A stretch of DNA of 64,000 bases from Thermodesulfobacteriota bacterium (GTDB taxonomy: Bacteria > Desulfobacterota_D > UBA1144 > Nemesobacterales > Nemesobacteraceae), in assembly GCA_965202785.1 (NCBI GenBank), contig OZ241855.1, positions 768,001 to 832,000 of the forward strand. The letters run 5' to 3'. A program made the position numbers and the translations under genes. Below are positions 48,545 to 57,896 of the stretch, piece by piece. The notes beneath the pieces were generated by a model, which saw only the letters and a program-made list of their open reading frames with translations, made no database searches and was not told where the DNA came from. How positions within the stretch are numbered: the stretch's first letter is position 1; each line of letters starts with the position of its first letter.

Positions 48545-49684
48545 ATGAAAAAAATAGCTACTCTCATGTTGATTGCAGTAGCCATGGTTCTCAGCTTTCT
48601 TTCCTGCGCTCAAGATGAAACCGAGGAGATTCCCGTCGGCGTCATCATTTCTCTCACAGGTTCGCATGCGGGCTTTGATCTAAAAAATGCTCTGGATCTG
48701 GCTCTTGAAGAAGTTAACGCATCGCTGCTGCCTGACGGCAGGAAAATCAGGTTCATCTTTGAGGATTCTGAAAGTACTCCGGATGGAGCGGAAAGAGCGT
48801 ACAGAAAACTTATTGAACGGGGTGAAGTAGTGGCCATACTGGGTCCCTATACTTCAAGCGAGGTTAAAAGAATTATTCCGGTCCTGAGTCAGAACGGAGT
48901 TTTGGTTCTCAGTCCCACCTCTGCCGCGAGCGGTCTCAGCACCCAAAGCGATTTTCTCTTCCGCTGTTCTCTTACAGTCGAGCGTTTGGTGCCGAAAGGG
49001 GTCAGGGTTATCAGGGAGGAATTTGGCTACAGAAAAGTGGCTGCGATAGCAAACCGCGTGGATGCTTTTTCGCAGAGCAATCTAGAACTGCTGAAACGGG
49101 AGATTGACAAGTATGAGGACGTCTCGATTGTGAGTGAGCAGTTTTTTGACCTGTCCGGCGACGGCCAACTCCCCGACCTGACCGACCAGTTGATCAGGAT
49201 AAAGGATACGGACCCCGATGCTATCTTCGTTTCTGCTTTGCCTCCTGAGCAGCCTGGGGTTATGGTCCAGGCGCGGCGGCTCGGGATAGCGGATGTTCCT
49301 TTTATCATCACTCATCTCGCAATAGGTGTCGTGGGGGCGGCGAATAACACTGAACCCGGTTCCGCCGAAGGTTCAATTACCTCTACGAGCTGGATTGCCG
49401 CTGTGGACATTCCCGAAAATCGAAAATTTCTCAGGAATTACCGGGAAAAATACGACGGTGAGCCCGGTTCTTTTTCCGCGCTGTCGTACGTTTCGGTCTA
49501 TATACTGGCCGAAGCTGTTTCTAATGCTGTTTCAACCGATCCACGGGCGATTCGCGATGCGATGGCCGACCTCAGGTTGAATACACTTTTAGGCGAATTC
49601 TATTTTGACCGTAACGGGGATGCGGTTTACGAGCCGATTGTTGCGAGAGTAAAGGACGGCAAATTCGAAGTTATAGGGCAATAG
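48545..49684 (+). CDS. LivK-like ABC substrate-binding lipoprotein, copy 3
   Basis: MKKIATL...FLSC lipobox; same fold motifs as copies 1 and 2. Confidence 0.9.
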   Translation: MKKIATLMLIAVAMVLSFLSCAQDETEEIPVGVIISLTGSHAGFDLKNALDLALEEVNASLLPDGRKIRFIFEDSESTPDGAERAYRKLIERGEVVAILGPYTSSEVKRIIPVLSQNGVLVLSPTSAASGLSTQSDFLFRCSLTVERLVPKGVRVIREEFGYRKVAAIANRVDAFSQSNLELLKREIDKYEDVSIVSEQFFDLSGDGQLPDLTDQLIRIKDTDPDAIFVSALPPEQPGVMVQARRLGIADVPFIITHLAIGVVGAANNTEPGSAEGSITSTSWIAAVDIPENRKFLRNYREKYDGEPGSFSALSYVSVYILAEAVSNAVSTDPRAIRDAMADLRLNTLLGEFYFDRNGDAVYEPIVARVKDGKFEVIGQ

Positions 49685-49774
49685 TTAAGCCAGCACATTA
49701 CGCTCGACTCTTTAAGCTTTGTGGAGTGTTTTTGTAAGACAATCGTTAAGAGGTGAGGTTTTCAAACTGTTGCT

Positions 49775-51391
49775 ATGAAAAGATCGAAAGAATTTCTTCC
49801 GATTCTCTGCATTCTTCTTTTCATTTCCTGCGGTTCTGGGAACAAAGCCCCAGACGCCGTGGATATTTCCCGCAAGGACACGCTTAACATAAATATCGGC
49901 ACCGAACCTCCCACGCTTGACTGGTCTCTCGCTACAGATGTCACATCTTTTACAATCATAGAGAACATAATGGACGGTCTCGCGGCGTTTGATGAAAAAT
50001 ACGAGCCCGTACCCGCTCTCGCGAGAAGCTGGGGGGTAAGTGAGGATGGAAGGACTTATACCTTTAAAATAAGGGAAAAAGTCCTCTGGACAGACGGGGT
50101 GCCGCTTCGAGCCCGGGATTTCCTTTATTCATGGAAAAGGATCCTTAAACCCGAAACTGCCGGAAGCTATGCCTACTTTCTCTTTGACATAAAAAACGCT
50201 AGGAAGTTTAACTCGGGGGAAATAAAGGATTTTGCCAAAGTCGGGGTAAAAGCTCCGGATGAACATACTCTTATTGTTACTCTTGAAAAGCCGAGAGCCT
50301 ATTTTCTGAGCCTAGTCACTTTCATGTCCACTTTTCCGATGAGAAAGGATATTGTTGAGAAATATGGAACCAGATGGACTGAGGCTGAGAACATGGTAAC
50401 TCTGGGACCTTACAGATTAAAAGAATGGAAGCATCATAAGGAAGTTCTTATCGAGGAATATGAAGGCTACTGGGGGGATAAACCCAAAAGCGCTAAGAAG
50501 GTAAAGATGATAATGAACGAGAATCCCGTATCCACCCTCGCCCTTTATGAAAGCGGAGAGCTCGATTTTCTTGACAGCAAGGGAATTCCCCTGCTTGAGG
50601 TTCCAAGGGTTATGAAGCTTCCGGATTTTAAGCAGAGCGTGGTTTTCAGAAACAACTACATAGGGTTTAACACAAAAAAAGCTCCGTTTGACAATCCTCT
50701 GGTGAGAAAGGCTTTTGCAAGTTCGATAGACAGGGAAAGCCTCGCGGGACTTCTCCAAGGGGCGGGAGTGCCTGTAACTTCATGGATACCGATCGACATG
50801 CTTGCCCACAATCCCCGGATCGGTATTTCGTTTGATGCACACAAGGCAAGGAAACTCCTTGAGATGGCTGGCTATCCGGGCGGAGAGAATTTTCCGAAGA
50901 CTGCTTTCCTTTATCCGGATACCGGGAACAACAGAATTGTAGCCGAGGCGTTCCAGAGCATGTGGAAGGAGCATCTCGGCATCGAGGTGAAGCTTGTGAA
51001 CCAGGAATGGACTGTCTATCTAAGCACGCTTAGAACGAATCCTCCGCCCGTATTCAGAGCCGGATGGCAGGCGGATTTCCCTGACCCTCACAATTTCATG
51101 AACCTCTTTGAGTGTGAGAGCGGGAATAACCGTACTAGGTGGTGCGATCCAAAGTACGATCGATTAGTGGAGAAGGCAGCTGGGATTCTGGATCGCGGGC
51201 AAAGAACGGACCTTTACAACAGCGCCCAGAGAATTCTTACGGAAACCGGCGTCCCGATAGTTCCTTATCTTAACTCGGTTCAGCAGAACATGATCAAGCC
51301 GTACGTAAAGGGGCTTGAACCTGACCGCCTGAATTTCCTTTATTTTAGCAGAGTCGAGTTTGTGGACCATTCCACATCCGGCAAGCGCTGA
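49775..51391 (+). CDS. Peptide ABC transporter substrate-binding lipoprotein (OppA-like)
   Basis: Lipobox FISC; motifs EPPTLD, YTFKIR, GPYRLKEW, PFDNPLVRKA and GWQADFPDP. Confidence 0.92.
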   Translation: MKRSKEFLPILCILLFISCGSGNKAPDAVDISRKDTLNINIGTEPPTLDWSLATDVTSFTIIENIMDGLAAFDEKYEPVPALARSWGVSEDGRTYTFKIREKVLWTDGVPLRARDFLYSWKRILKPETAGSYAYFLFDIKNARKFNSGEIKDFAKVGVKAPDEHTLIVTLEKPRAYFLSLVTFMSTFPMRKDIVEKYGTRWTEAENMVTLGPYRLKEWKHHKEVLIEEYEGYWGDKPKSAKKVKMIMNENPVSTLALYESGELDFLDSKGIPLLEVPRVMKLPDFKQSVVFRNNYIGFNTKKAPFDNPLVRKAFASSIDRESLAGLLQGAGVPVTSWIPIDMLAHNPRIGISFDAHKARKLLEMAGYPGGENFPKTAFLYPDTGNNRIVAEAFQSMWKEHLGIEVKLVNQEWTVYLSTLRTNPPPVFRAGWQADFPDPHNFMNLFECESGNNRTRWCDPKYDRLVEKAAGILDRGQRTDLYNSAQRILTETGVPIVPYLNSVQQNMIKPYVKGLEPDRLNFLYFSRVEFVDHSTSGKR

Positions 51392-51424
51392 GGACTTGGA
51401 GTTCGGTGAGAACACCTCTGCGGG

Positions 51425-51979
51425 TTAAACGATAACACCTATCTTGGAGGTCACCTTTTTCGTGTTTCTTGCGACCAGTCTTGCTATCATTAGCCCTGCC
51501 AAAAACCAGGCGATAAGACTGTCAATGACGATGACTGCTACGTAGGGAGTCGGAAAACCAAACCAGTTCCAGTAAGGAAAATGGCTTATAAAACCTATAG
51601 CCGCTCCTAGCAAGGCGACAAACCCTACCCGCCCCCAGTAACTCAGGCCAGCTGTCTTGGAGAGCAGATAGATAACGATCAGAACGCTTACGAGGTCACC
51701 AGCGAACTGGATCAGAAGCTGCCTTGTCATGACGGGGGCGTAGCCCTGAGGTAGGGCGTTTACGAAAGCGGCAGTTTCCCCTGCCTTGTGATCTTTATGC
51801 GAGAATGGCAGGTAGTAAATGCCCGGTTTCGGGGCATTTGCCTCTATGGTTTCGGCAACTTCGGATTCGTTGGTAAATTCATTAGCTACCATCTGGTGCC
51901 ATGGAAGAACCATCCATGACACAGCCCCCCAGACTAAAAGAATTATTGCAGAAACTATAACAGCGGCCGTTTTCTTCAT
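51425..51979 (-). CDS. Hypothetical multi-pass membrane protein
   Basis: 184 aa, about 4 TM segments, W-rich motifs (SWMVLPWH, YWNWFGFP); GGAAGG RBS. Confidence 0.75.
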   Translation of the reverse strand: MKKTAAVIVSAIILLVWGAVSWMVLPWHQMVANEFTNESEVAETIEANAPKPGIYYLPFSHKDHKAGETAAFVNALPQGYAPVMTRQLLIQFAGDLVSVLIVIYLLSKTAGLSYWGRVGFVALLGAAIGFISHFPYWNWFGFPTPYVAVIVIDSLIAWFLAGLMIARLVARNTKKVTSKIGVIV

Positions 51980-52257
51980 AAGCGCCTTCCCTGCAGGGTT
52001 TTTGAGCCCGGCGATCCCACCAACCGCACATTTTCTATACTAACTAAGAGCTTTGACGATTGTCAATAAGTTGAGAAAGATCAGGAAGTTGGCAACTGTT
52101 CCTTCTTAACGCGTTTAATCCGTTATTGTAGCTATAGCATGAGAACGAGATTCAAACACCTCGTTTTTAATGTGATTTTAGGGTGATATAAAGCGATAAG
52201 TCCTAATAGACGCAGAAATGCTGTTTGCGGAAACTCATTGAAGCATCTCTTAAGAGC

Positions 52258-53313
52258 TTATTTGAAGTAAGGAATTATCTCTTTTGAGTAAGTTTCAAGC
52301 GCCAAGTCCGGATCGGGACTGAACCTGTAGAACAACACGAAATTCCTTACTCCCGCATCTATGAACTTCTCGATTTTCTCTATGCAGTCTTTTTTCGATC
52401 CCGTAATAGTGAAATCAAGTATTGCTTCTCTCGGGAAAAGCTGCCCGAGTTGCCTGAACCTCTGCCTTCCCTCTTCATCCGTCGGCACTATGTTGAAGTA
52501 GTTAAGACCGTGATATTCTTCGGGTATCTCGACGTCGTAGCCGGCTTTCAGCAGCTGGTCCTGCATAACCAGCACGTATTTGAAGGGTTCGAGAGTCTGG
52601 TAGGCGGCGTCAACGCTTTCTCCAAGAGATGTGAATACCCACAGGGCTGGGTCAAAATCGTCGTCAAGTGATCTCCCCACATTATCCGCCGCCGCCTTTA
52701 TCTCACCGAAGTAACTGGAATAGAGATCGGGATTCAGGTCTATCGGCAGCCATCCGTCACCTTTTTCTCCCGTCAACTGAAGCCCCTTGGGCGTGTGGGT
52801 AGCCATGTAAAAGGGTATTTTGTTTCTCTCGTAGGGTTTTATCTGCAAAAACGCATTCTCAAGGTTGTAGAACTTTCCGTCAAAATCTACGGGTTCGTCG
52901 GTTTCCCAAAGAAGTTCCATGACTTCTATGGACTCTCTGAGTTTCGAAAGGGGCTTTCCCCACTCGATTCCGAACGCGTCAAGATTCATCGATTCTCCGA
53001 CTCCTAGGGAGAGCACTACCCTGCCCTTTGAAAGCTGATCAACGGTTGCGAGTCTCTGGGCGAAAACAGCGGGATGCATTCTGTGAGGATCAGAAACTGT
53101 TCCCAAAGCTATGTTTTCCGTTCTCATTGCCGCAGCCGCAGCCACGGTCCATGCCTCGGGGGCAATTGCTCCCGGCGCCACGAAAAGCAGATGGTCGGGG
53201 TACCATATGGTGTCGAATCCAAGCTGATCAGCTTTTATCGAGAAATTTACGAGTCCGTCAACGTCAGCTCCTGGCATCGGAGCCGAAAGCCCAAATTTTA
53301 TTTCTTTTCCCAT
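52258..53313 (-). CDS. LLM-class oxidoreductase, probably F420-dependent
   Basis: Motifs GFDTIWYPDH, PEAW, HPAVFAQRLATVD and LGVGESMN (FGD-like G-x-G-E-x-x-N); cofD is present in the window. Confidence 0.8.
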   Translation of the reverse strand: MGKEIKFGLSAPMPGADVDGLVNFSIKADQLGFDTIWYPDHLLFVAPGAIAPEAWTVAAAAAMRTENIALGTVSDPHRMHPAVFAQRLATVDQLSKGRVVLSLGVGESMNLDAFGIEWGKPLSKLRESIEVMELLWETDEPVDFDGKFYNLENAFLQIKPYERNKIPFYMATHTPKGLQLTGEKGDGWLPIDLNPDLYSSYFGEIKAAADNVGRSLDDDFDPALWVFTSLGESVDAAYQTLEPFKYVLVMQDQLLKAGYDVEIPEEYHGLNYFNIVPTDEEGRQRFRQLGQLFPREAILDFTITGSKKDCIEKIEKFIDAGVRNFVLFYRFSPDPDLALETYSKEIIPYFK

Positions 53314-53422
53314 TGTGTAGCACCTCGATTGTAGTTTTGGAAGTAGATAGCGATCACGGTAGAATTATGGTTAATTTGCGGTTTAAACGCAAATAATCCA
53401 GCAAATATCCCGGAGGTGTGAA

Positions 53423-54448
53423 ATGAAATTCGGAGTCGGACTCTTCAGCATGCAGACCCACAAGGATCTTGATTACCGCCATGTGGATCTTTACAGAAAT
53501 TCCCTGGAGCACGTGAGACTTGCCGAAGCGGTGAATTTCGATTCGGTCTGGCTTTCCGAACATCATTTTCTTGAGGATGGTTACTGTTCTTCACCTCTTG
53601 GGATGGCCGCCGCGATGGCCGCTGTGACTGAGAGAGTGAGAATAGGTACCGGGGCCTTCATACTCACGCTTCATAACCCCGTGAGGGTGGCCGAAGACGC
53701 TGCTACGGTCGATCTCATTTCCGGGGGAAGATTCGATCTGGGAGTTGCGATAGGATACAGGAAAGAAGAATTCGAAGGGTTCGGAGTCCCGGTGTCGCAA
53801 AGACCCTCGAGGATTGAAGAAGGCATAGAGATAATCGAGAAATGCTGGGAGGACGGCCCCTTCTCCTATGAAGGCAAGAGGTTCAGCTTCTCGAACATAG
53901 ATGTTACTCCCAAGCCCGTACAGAGACCTATACCCATATACATAGGGGCTTTCGAGGAACCCGCCGTGCGGCGGGCCGGGCGCCTCGGGTATCCGCTTCT
54001 TATCGGCCCCGGCAGGACGGTTCCAATGATAATAGATACTCTAGGGTGGTATAACGATGGGGCCGAGAAGGCCGGTCGCAATCCGTCCGAAGTGCAGCAT
54101 ATACTGCTTCGGGAGACTTACGTGCGTGAAAGCATGGAAGAGGCCATTGCGGGCGGAACCGAGTACGTAATAAATATGTACAGGTTTTACCTGAGCCTTG
54201 GGGTCAAGATAGTGATAAGGGGAAAAAATATAACCGACCCTGACGACCCATTCTTCGAATACATGGCGGAAGACCGCTTTATGATCGGCACCCCTGAGCA
54301 TTGTGCTCAGGAGGTAAAAAAATACGCGGAGAAAACGGGAATCCGCAACATAATGTGCAGGATGGTGTTTCCCCAGGCTCCCGCCGAGGTCATAGCGCAT
54401 TCGATTGAGCTTTTTGGAAAAGAGGTTATTCCCGAATTTAAACCTTAA
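53423..54448 (+). CDS. LLM-class flavin-dependent oxidoreductase
   Basis: Motifs FDSVWLSEHHF, HNPVRVAEDAATVDLISGGR and PKPVQRP. Confidence 0.9.
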   Translation: MKFGVGLFSMQTHKDLDYRHVDLYRNSLEHVRLAEAVNFDSVWLSEHHFLEDGYCSSPLGMAAAMAAVTERVRIGTGAFILTLHNPVRVAEDAATVDLISGGRFDLGVAIGYRKEEFEGFGVPVSQRPSRIEEGIEIIEKCWEDGPFSYEGKRFSFSNIDVTPKPVQRPIPIYIGAFEEPAVRRAGRLGYPLLIGPGRTVPMIIDTLGWYNDGAEKAGRNPSEVQHILLRETYVRESMEEAIAGGTEYVINMYRFYLSLGVKIVIRGKNITDPDDPFFEYMAEDRFMIGTPEHCAQEVKKYAEKTGIRNIMCRMVFPQAPAEVIAHSIELFGKEVIPEFKP

Positions 54449-54487
54449 TCCGTAAAGACCTAAAAAGACGGTGGATGCGGACGTATC

Positions 54488-54603
54488 CGGGAAGCTGCCT
54501 TGTGGACTTTGCGTCCTGAACGGTTTCTTGGCAATATCAACTCAAGCCACCACCCTGGCCGTTGAGATCAGCCTCGATTTTTCTCCGCAAAGACAGCTTC
54601 CCG
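54488..54603. other. Structured 116-bp intergenic element with terminal inverted repeats
   Basis: CGGGAAGCTG...CAGCTTCCCG 10-bp perfect arms, extending imperfectly to about 19 bp, with an internal CTCAA-GCCA/TGGC-TTGAG hairpin. Confidence 0.5.
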
Positions 54604-54614
54604 AACCCGCTTTA

Positions 54615-56549
54615 CTACCGGACTACTGAAACTCCGGAAATCATGCTGAACCCCGGGGATGAAAAGCCAAAAACATTTTCATAATCCTTGTTAAACAGGT
54701 TATTGATTCTTGAAAACAACCTGATTTTGTCGACAAACCTTTTCATGTTGATTTCATAGGAAGCCGCAGCGTCAACGATGAAAAAAGAATCGTTTTTGAC
54801 TCTGGTGGAGGGAAACTCGCTCCAGTTCACATCATCCCTGGTGCCGACATAGTTTCCCGAAAGGTCGAGATTAAAGGCATTTTTTGAGTATCCCGCGTTA
54901 AAAGAAAACGAATGCTCGGGGATCCGTATGAGCTTTTCTCCCTCGGAGAAGGACGGGGACCCGAGGTCGCCGTCATCGGTTACGTCGGTTTTAAGGTATG
55001 TGTAAGCTGCGCTTAGAGTTAAGCTATTGCTTGGGTAGAAATGTATCGCGGCTTCGGTTCCCTCTGACTTTGCGTGGCTTATGTTTTCGTAGTTGGTTCC
55101 ATTCTCAAATGGAGTGAAGCTGTAAGCGATAATGTTTTTGAACCTGTTTTGGAAAAAGCTCAAATCAAGTTCAACGGCGTTATCAAGCAGCGGTTGCCTG
55201 AGGCCTATTTCCGCTGTCAGTGTTTCTTCAGGCTTTAGATCCGGGTTGGGTATTGTTCCGAAGGCCGCACTGAAGTTTTCGTAAAAATTGGCTTCCTTGA
55301 TTCCTCTGCTGATTCCTCCTCTTATCTCGGTTCCGGATTCCCTAATTTTCCACCTAGCGAAGACACTTGGACTCCACTCGCTCCCGAACGACTCGTTGTC
55401 GTCATACCTTATGCCGGTTGTTACGAAGAATCTCTTTAGCAGCGCGAAGTTGTTCTGAGCGTAGAAGGCGTAGTTTTTTCTTGATTCGTTCAGTGAGTCC
55501 GTCTTGAAACTTTCTTTCTCGTACTCAAAACCCGTCGAGATTATGCTCGAGGCCTGATCGAAGTCGACAAAAAAACTTGACCCGAATTCAAGCACTATCC
55601 TTTTGTCGAGGGTCTCCGAAGGGAAGGGCGAATCTAATTCAAGGGGCCGGGGTCCGTCATAATTTTCCCGATCAAGTCTCGTGTAGCCGAGCTTAAATGA
55701 GTTTTCCCACCACTGCGTCGGGGAAAAAATGATGTCGGAACCCATGACGAGCGATTCTTCCTTGGTTCCTTGGTCCGGGTCAGCGAACGCGTCAAATCTG
55801 TCCCCCGCGCCTCCGGTCGGGAATTCAAACTTCGAATCTCTATATATGGAGAAAAAGGAGAGATTTAAATCATCGTTTGCTTCCAAGCTCAGGTTCGCCG
55901 TGAAGTTGTTATTTTTGTAATCGTTGTTTATTTCTAAGATACCTTCATCGATGATTCTCTGATGGGAAATAAAGTAGCCCAGTTTCTTGAGACTCCCCGA
56001 TATGCTTGAGGAATGCTCAAAGATCATCGCGTCTTCGGCGCGGAATCCCAAGGCCACGGAGCTTGCTTTTTTCATTTTTCCGCTTCCGTGCTTCGTTATT
56101 ATGTTTATAACGGAAGACGCCGCGTCGGAACCGTAAAGAGACGAGTGCGCTCCCTTTATTATCTCTATTCTCTCCACGTTCTCAGTAGTAAGAGAGGAAA
56201 TGTCAAATCCCCCGCCGGCTTGGTTTATCTGGACACCGTTGATCATAACGAGGTTGTAATCCGACTGGCCGCCCCTTGCGAAAATGGAAGTAAATCCTCC
56301 CCGGCTTCCCGAACTGACTACGTTGAATCCAGGGACTCTGGAAAGTATGGCCGCAATGTCCTTTTCCCCGCTTCTTTCAATTTCCTCTTTGTCGATAACG
56401 GTAACGGAAGAACCGAGAAGCTCGGCGTCAATCCAGGTTTTTGTTCCCGTGACTACAATCTTTTCCACTTCGTTCTCTTCTGGAAAGCCCGCGGACGGAA
56501 ACAGAACCAGGATCGAAATAAAGACAAAAAATATCTTAAGTCTGTTCAT
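54615..56549 (-). CDS. btuB: TonB-dependent receptor, cobalamin (BtuB-like)
   Basis: Signal peptide, TonB box KIVVTG, plug ERIEIIKGAHSSLYGSDA, and INNLFNKDY; downstream of a B12 riboswitch. Confidence 0.85.
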   Translation of the reverse strand: MNRLKIFFVFISILVLFPSAGFPEENEVEKIVVTGTKTWIDAELLGSSVTVIDKEEIERSGEKDIAAILSRVPGFNVVSSGSRGGFTSIFARGGQSDYNLVMINGVQINQAGGGFDISSLTTENVERIEIIKGAHSSLYGSDAASSVINIITKHGSGKMKKASSVALGFRAEDAMIFEHSSSISGSLKKLGYFISHQRIIDEGILEINNDYKNNNFTANLSLEANDDLNLSFFSIYRDSKFEFPTGGAGDRFDAFADPDQGTKEESLVMGSDIIFSPTQWWENSFKLGYTRLDRENYDGPRPLELDSPFPSETLDKRIVLEFGSSFFVDFDQASSIISTGFEYEKESFKTDSLNESRKNYAFYAQNNFALLKRFFVTTGIRYDDNESFGSEWSPSVFARWKIRESGTEIRGGISRGIKEANFYENFSAAFGTIPNPDLKPEETLTAEIGLRQPLLDNAVELDLSFFQNRFKNIIAYSFTPFENGTNYENISHAKSEGTEAAIHFYPSNSLTLSAAYTYLKTDVTDDGDLGSPSFSEGEKLIRIPEHSFSFNAGYSKNAFNLDLSGNYVGTRDDVNWSEFPSTRVKNDSFFIVDAAASYEINMKRFVDKIRLFSRINNLFNKDYENVFGFSSPGFSMISGVSVVR

Positions 56550-56676
56550 TTTTCACTCCTCCAAGTGCTGGCAGACAGCTTTCCCTGGAAGAGCAGTTAT
56601 ATGAATGAACGTGTGAGGCAGGAAACAAAAACCGTGCGGCAGCACGAAAAATAAAAAATGTATTGTTAATCGCCAT
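56536..56676 (-). CDS. Putative 46-aa uORF between the riboswitch and btuB
   Basis: GGGAG then ATG 56676: MAINNTFFIFRAAARFLFPASHVHSYNCSSRESCLPALGGVKNEQT*; overlaps the btuB start by 14 nt. Confidence 0.3.
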   Translation of the reverse strand: MAINNTFFIFRAAARFLFPASHVHSYNCSSRESCLPALGGVKNEQT

Positions 56677-56710
56677 ACGCCTAACTCCCGAGGCAAAGCC
56701 ACTAGATTGA

Positions 56711-56905
56711 CGCAGGCAGGTCTTCCGACTTAAAGGGCCGCCTGTTGTAAAAACAGAGCGACTTTTCCAGATGCGGCCTTCCCGGCTGTATTGAAGCCAG
56801 TGACCCGAAGCGCAGGTACGCCTCGCATGGGCTGGAAAAAACCCTTATTACGGCTGCGGGAACAGTTCGGGATTTTCACCCGATTCCCTTAACCTGAATC
56901 TGAAG
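56711..56905 (-). ncRNA. Cobalamin (B12) riboswitch
   Basis: Minus strand reads AAGGGAAtcgggTGAAAaTCCcgaaCTGttCCCGCAgCcGTAA...gtCACTGg...GGGAAGg...AAGTCgGAAGACCTGCC (B12 box); promoter TTGACA-N17-TATCTT upstream. Confidence 0.93.
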
Positions 56906-56982
56906 ATAAAGATACAGGTTGACGGTGGAGGTGTCAAAAGCTTCCAGTCGGCGGGAAGGCGTAATCAGGAATCGCCTTGCGC

Positions 56983-57237
56983 TTAGGAAGCAAGCATGCG
57001 GTCGAGTTCCCCTGAGCGCTCAAGTGCCGCAAGCTCGTCGTAGCCGCCTATGAACTGCTCGTTTACGAAGATCATGGGCACCGTTCTCCAGTTGAGGCTC
57101 TCGACAAGTTCTTCTCTTTTTTCCGGATCCTCATCAAGCCTTATCTCTTCGTAATCCACTTGTTTTCTGTCAAGGAGTCTTTTTGCCCTTCTGCAGTAAG
57201 TGCAGTAAAAACTTGTGTATATCGTTACGGAACTCAA
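56983..57237 (-). CDS. grxC: Glutaredoxin (Grx3-like)
   Basis: CTYC active site, TVPMIF and IGGYDEL; GAGGTG RBS before TTG. Confidence 0.88.
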   Translation of the reverse strand: MSSVTIYTSFYCTYCRRAKRLLDRKQVDYEEIRLDEDPEKREELVESLNWRTVPMIFVNEQFIGGYDELAALERSGELDRMLAS

Positions 57238-57344
57238 TATCACACCTCGGTTTGTTTTTGGGTCCTATGATGCTTGGTTTTTAGTATATATTCAAGTACG
57301 TTAAGCACTTACGTGTCCTTACTGGGCGATGGAGTTTTTGCACT

Positions 57345-57896
57345 ATGCGGAAAAAGGTCTTTTTTTTCATAGGGCTTTCGCTGATTTTCCTTATGAATTC
57401 ATGCTCTGCCACGAAGTTTCTGGTGAACTATGCCTCGGGTGATGACAAGAAACCCGGAAAAATGAAGGGCTGGGTATACACCACGGAGCTAAGCAGTTAC
57501 CGTGTCGCACCCCTTTCGCAGGACTGGGAGAGAGTACCGATAGAAGGTGGGGATATAGCTTTTTACAACCCGGCGAACGATCTCGTTTTAACGGTAAGTT
57601 CTCTCTGCTCGGACCGGGATTACGATCTTCAGACGCTTTCGGATTCCCTAGTTGTGGGCTTGAGCAAGAAGCGGATTAAACTGCGAAAGGATATCGAGGT
57701 CGGTGGTGCCGCGGGGCTTTACGCTGAGTACGAGGCGTCGCTTAGTGGTGAGAATTTCGCTCTTGCGACGGTAGTACATAAATCTAGCAAATGCGATTAT
57801 GACTTCAGTTATTCCGCGGGCCCGGCCGACTTCAAGGCGAATCTTGGGGAATTCATTGATTTCGTTTCAGGTTTCGAGGAGATCTGGGCTAAATGA
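57345..57896 (+). CDS. Hypothetical lipoprotein
   Basis: Lipobox-like MNSC; stop overlaps the start of the MlaE gene. Confidence 0.75.
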   Translation: MRKKVFFFIGLSLIFLMNSCSATKFLVNYASGDDKKPGKMKGWVYTTELSSYRVAPLSQDWERVPIEGGDIAFYNPANDLVLTVSSLCSDRDYDLQTLSDSLVVGLSKKRIKLRKDIEVGGAAGLYAEYEASLSGENFALATVVHKSSKCDYDFSYSAGPADFKANLGEFIDFVSGFEEIWAK

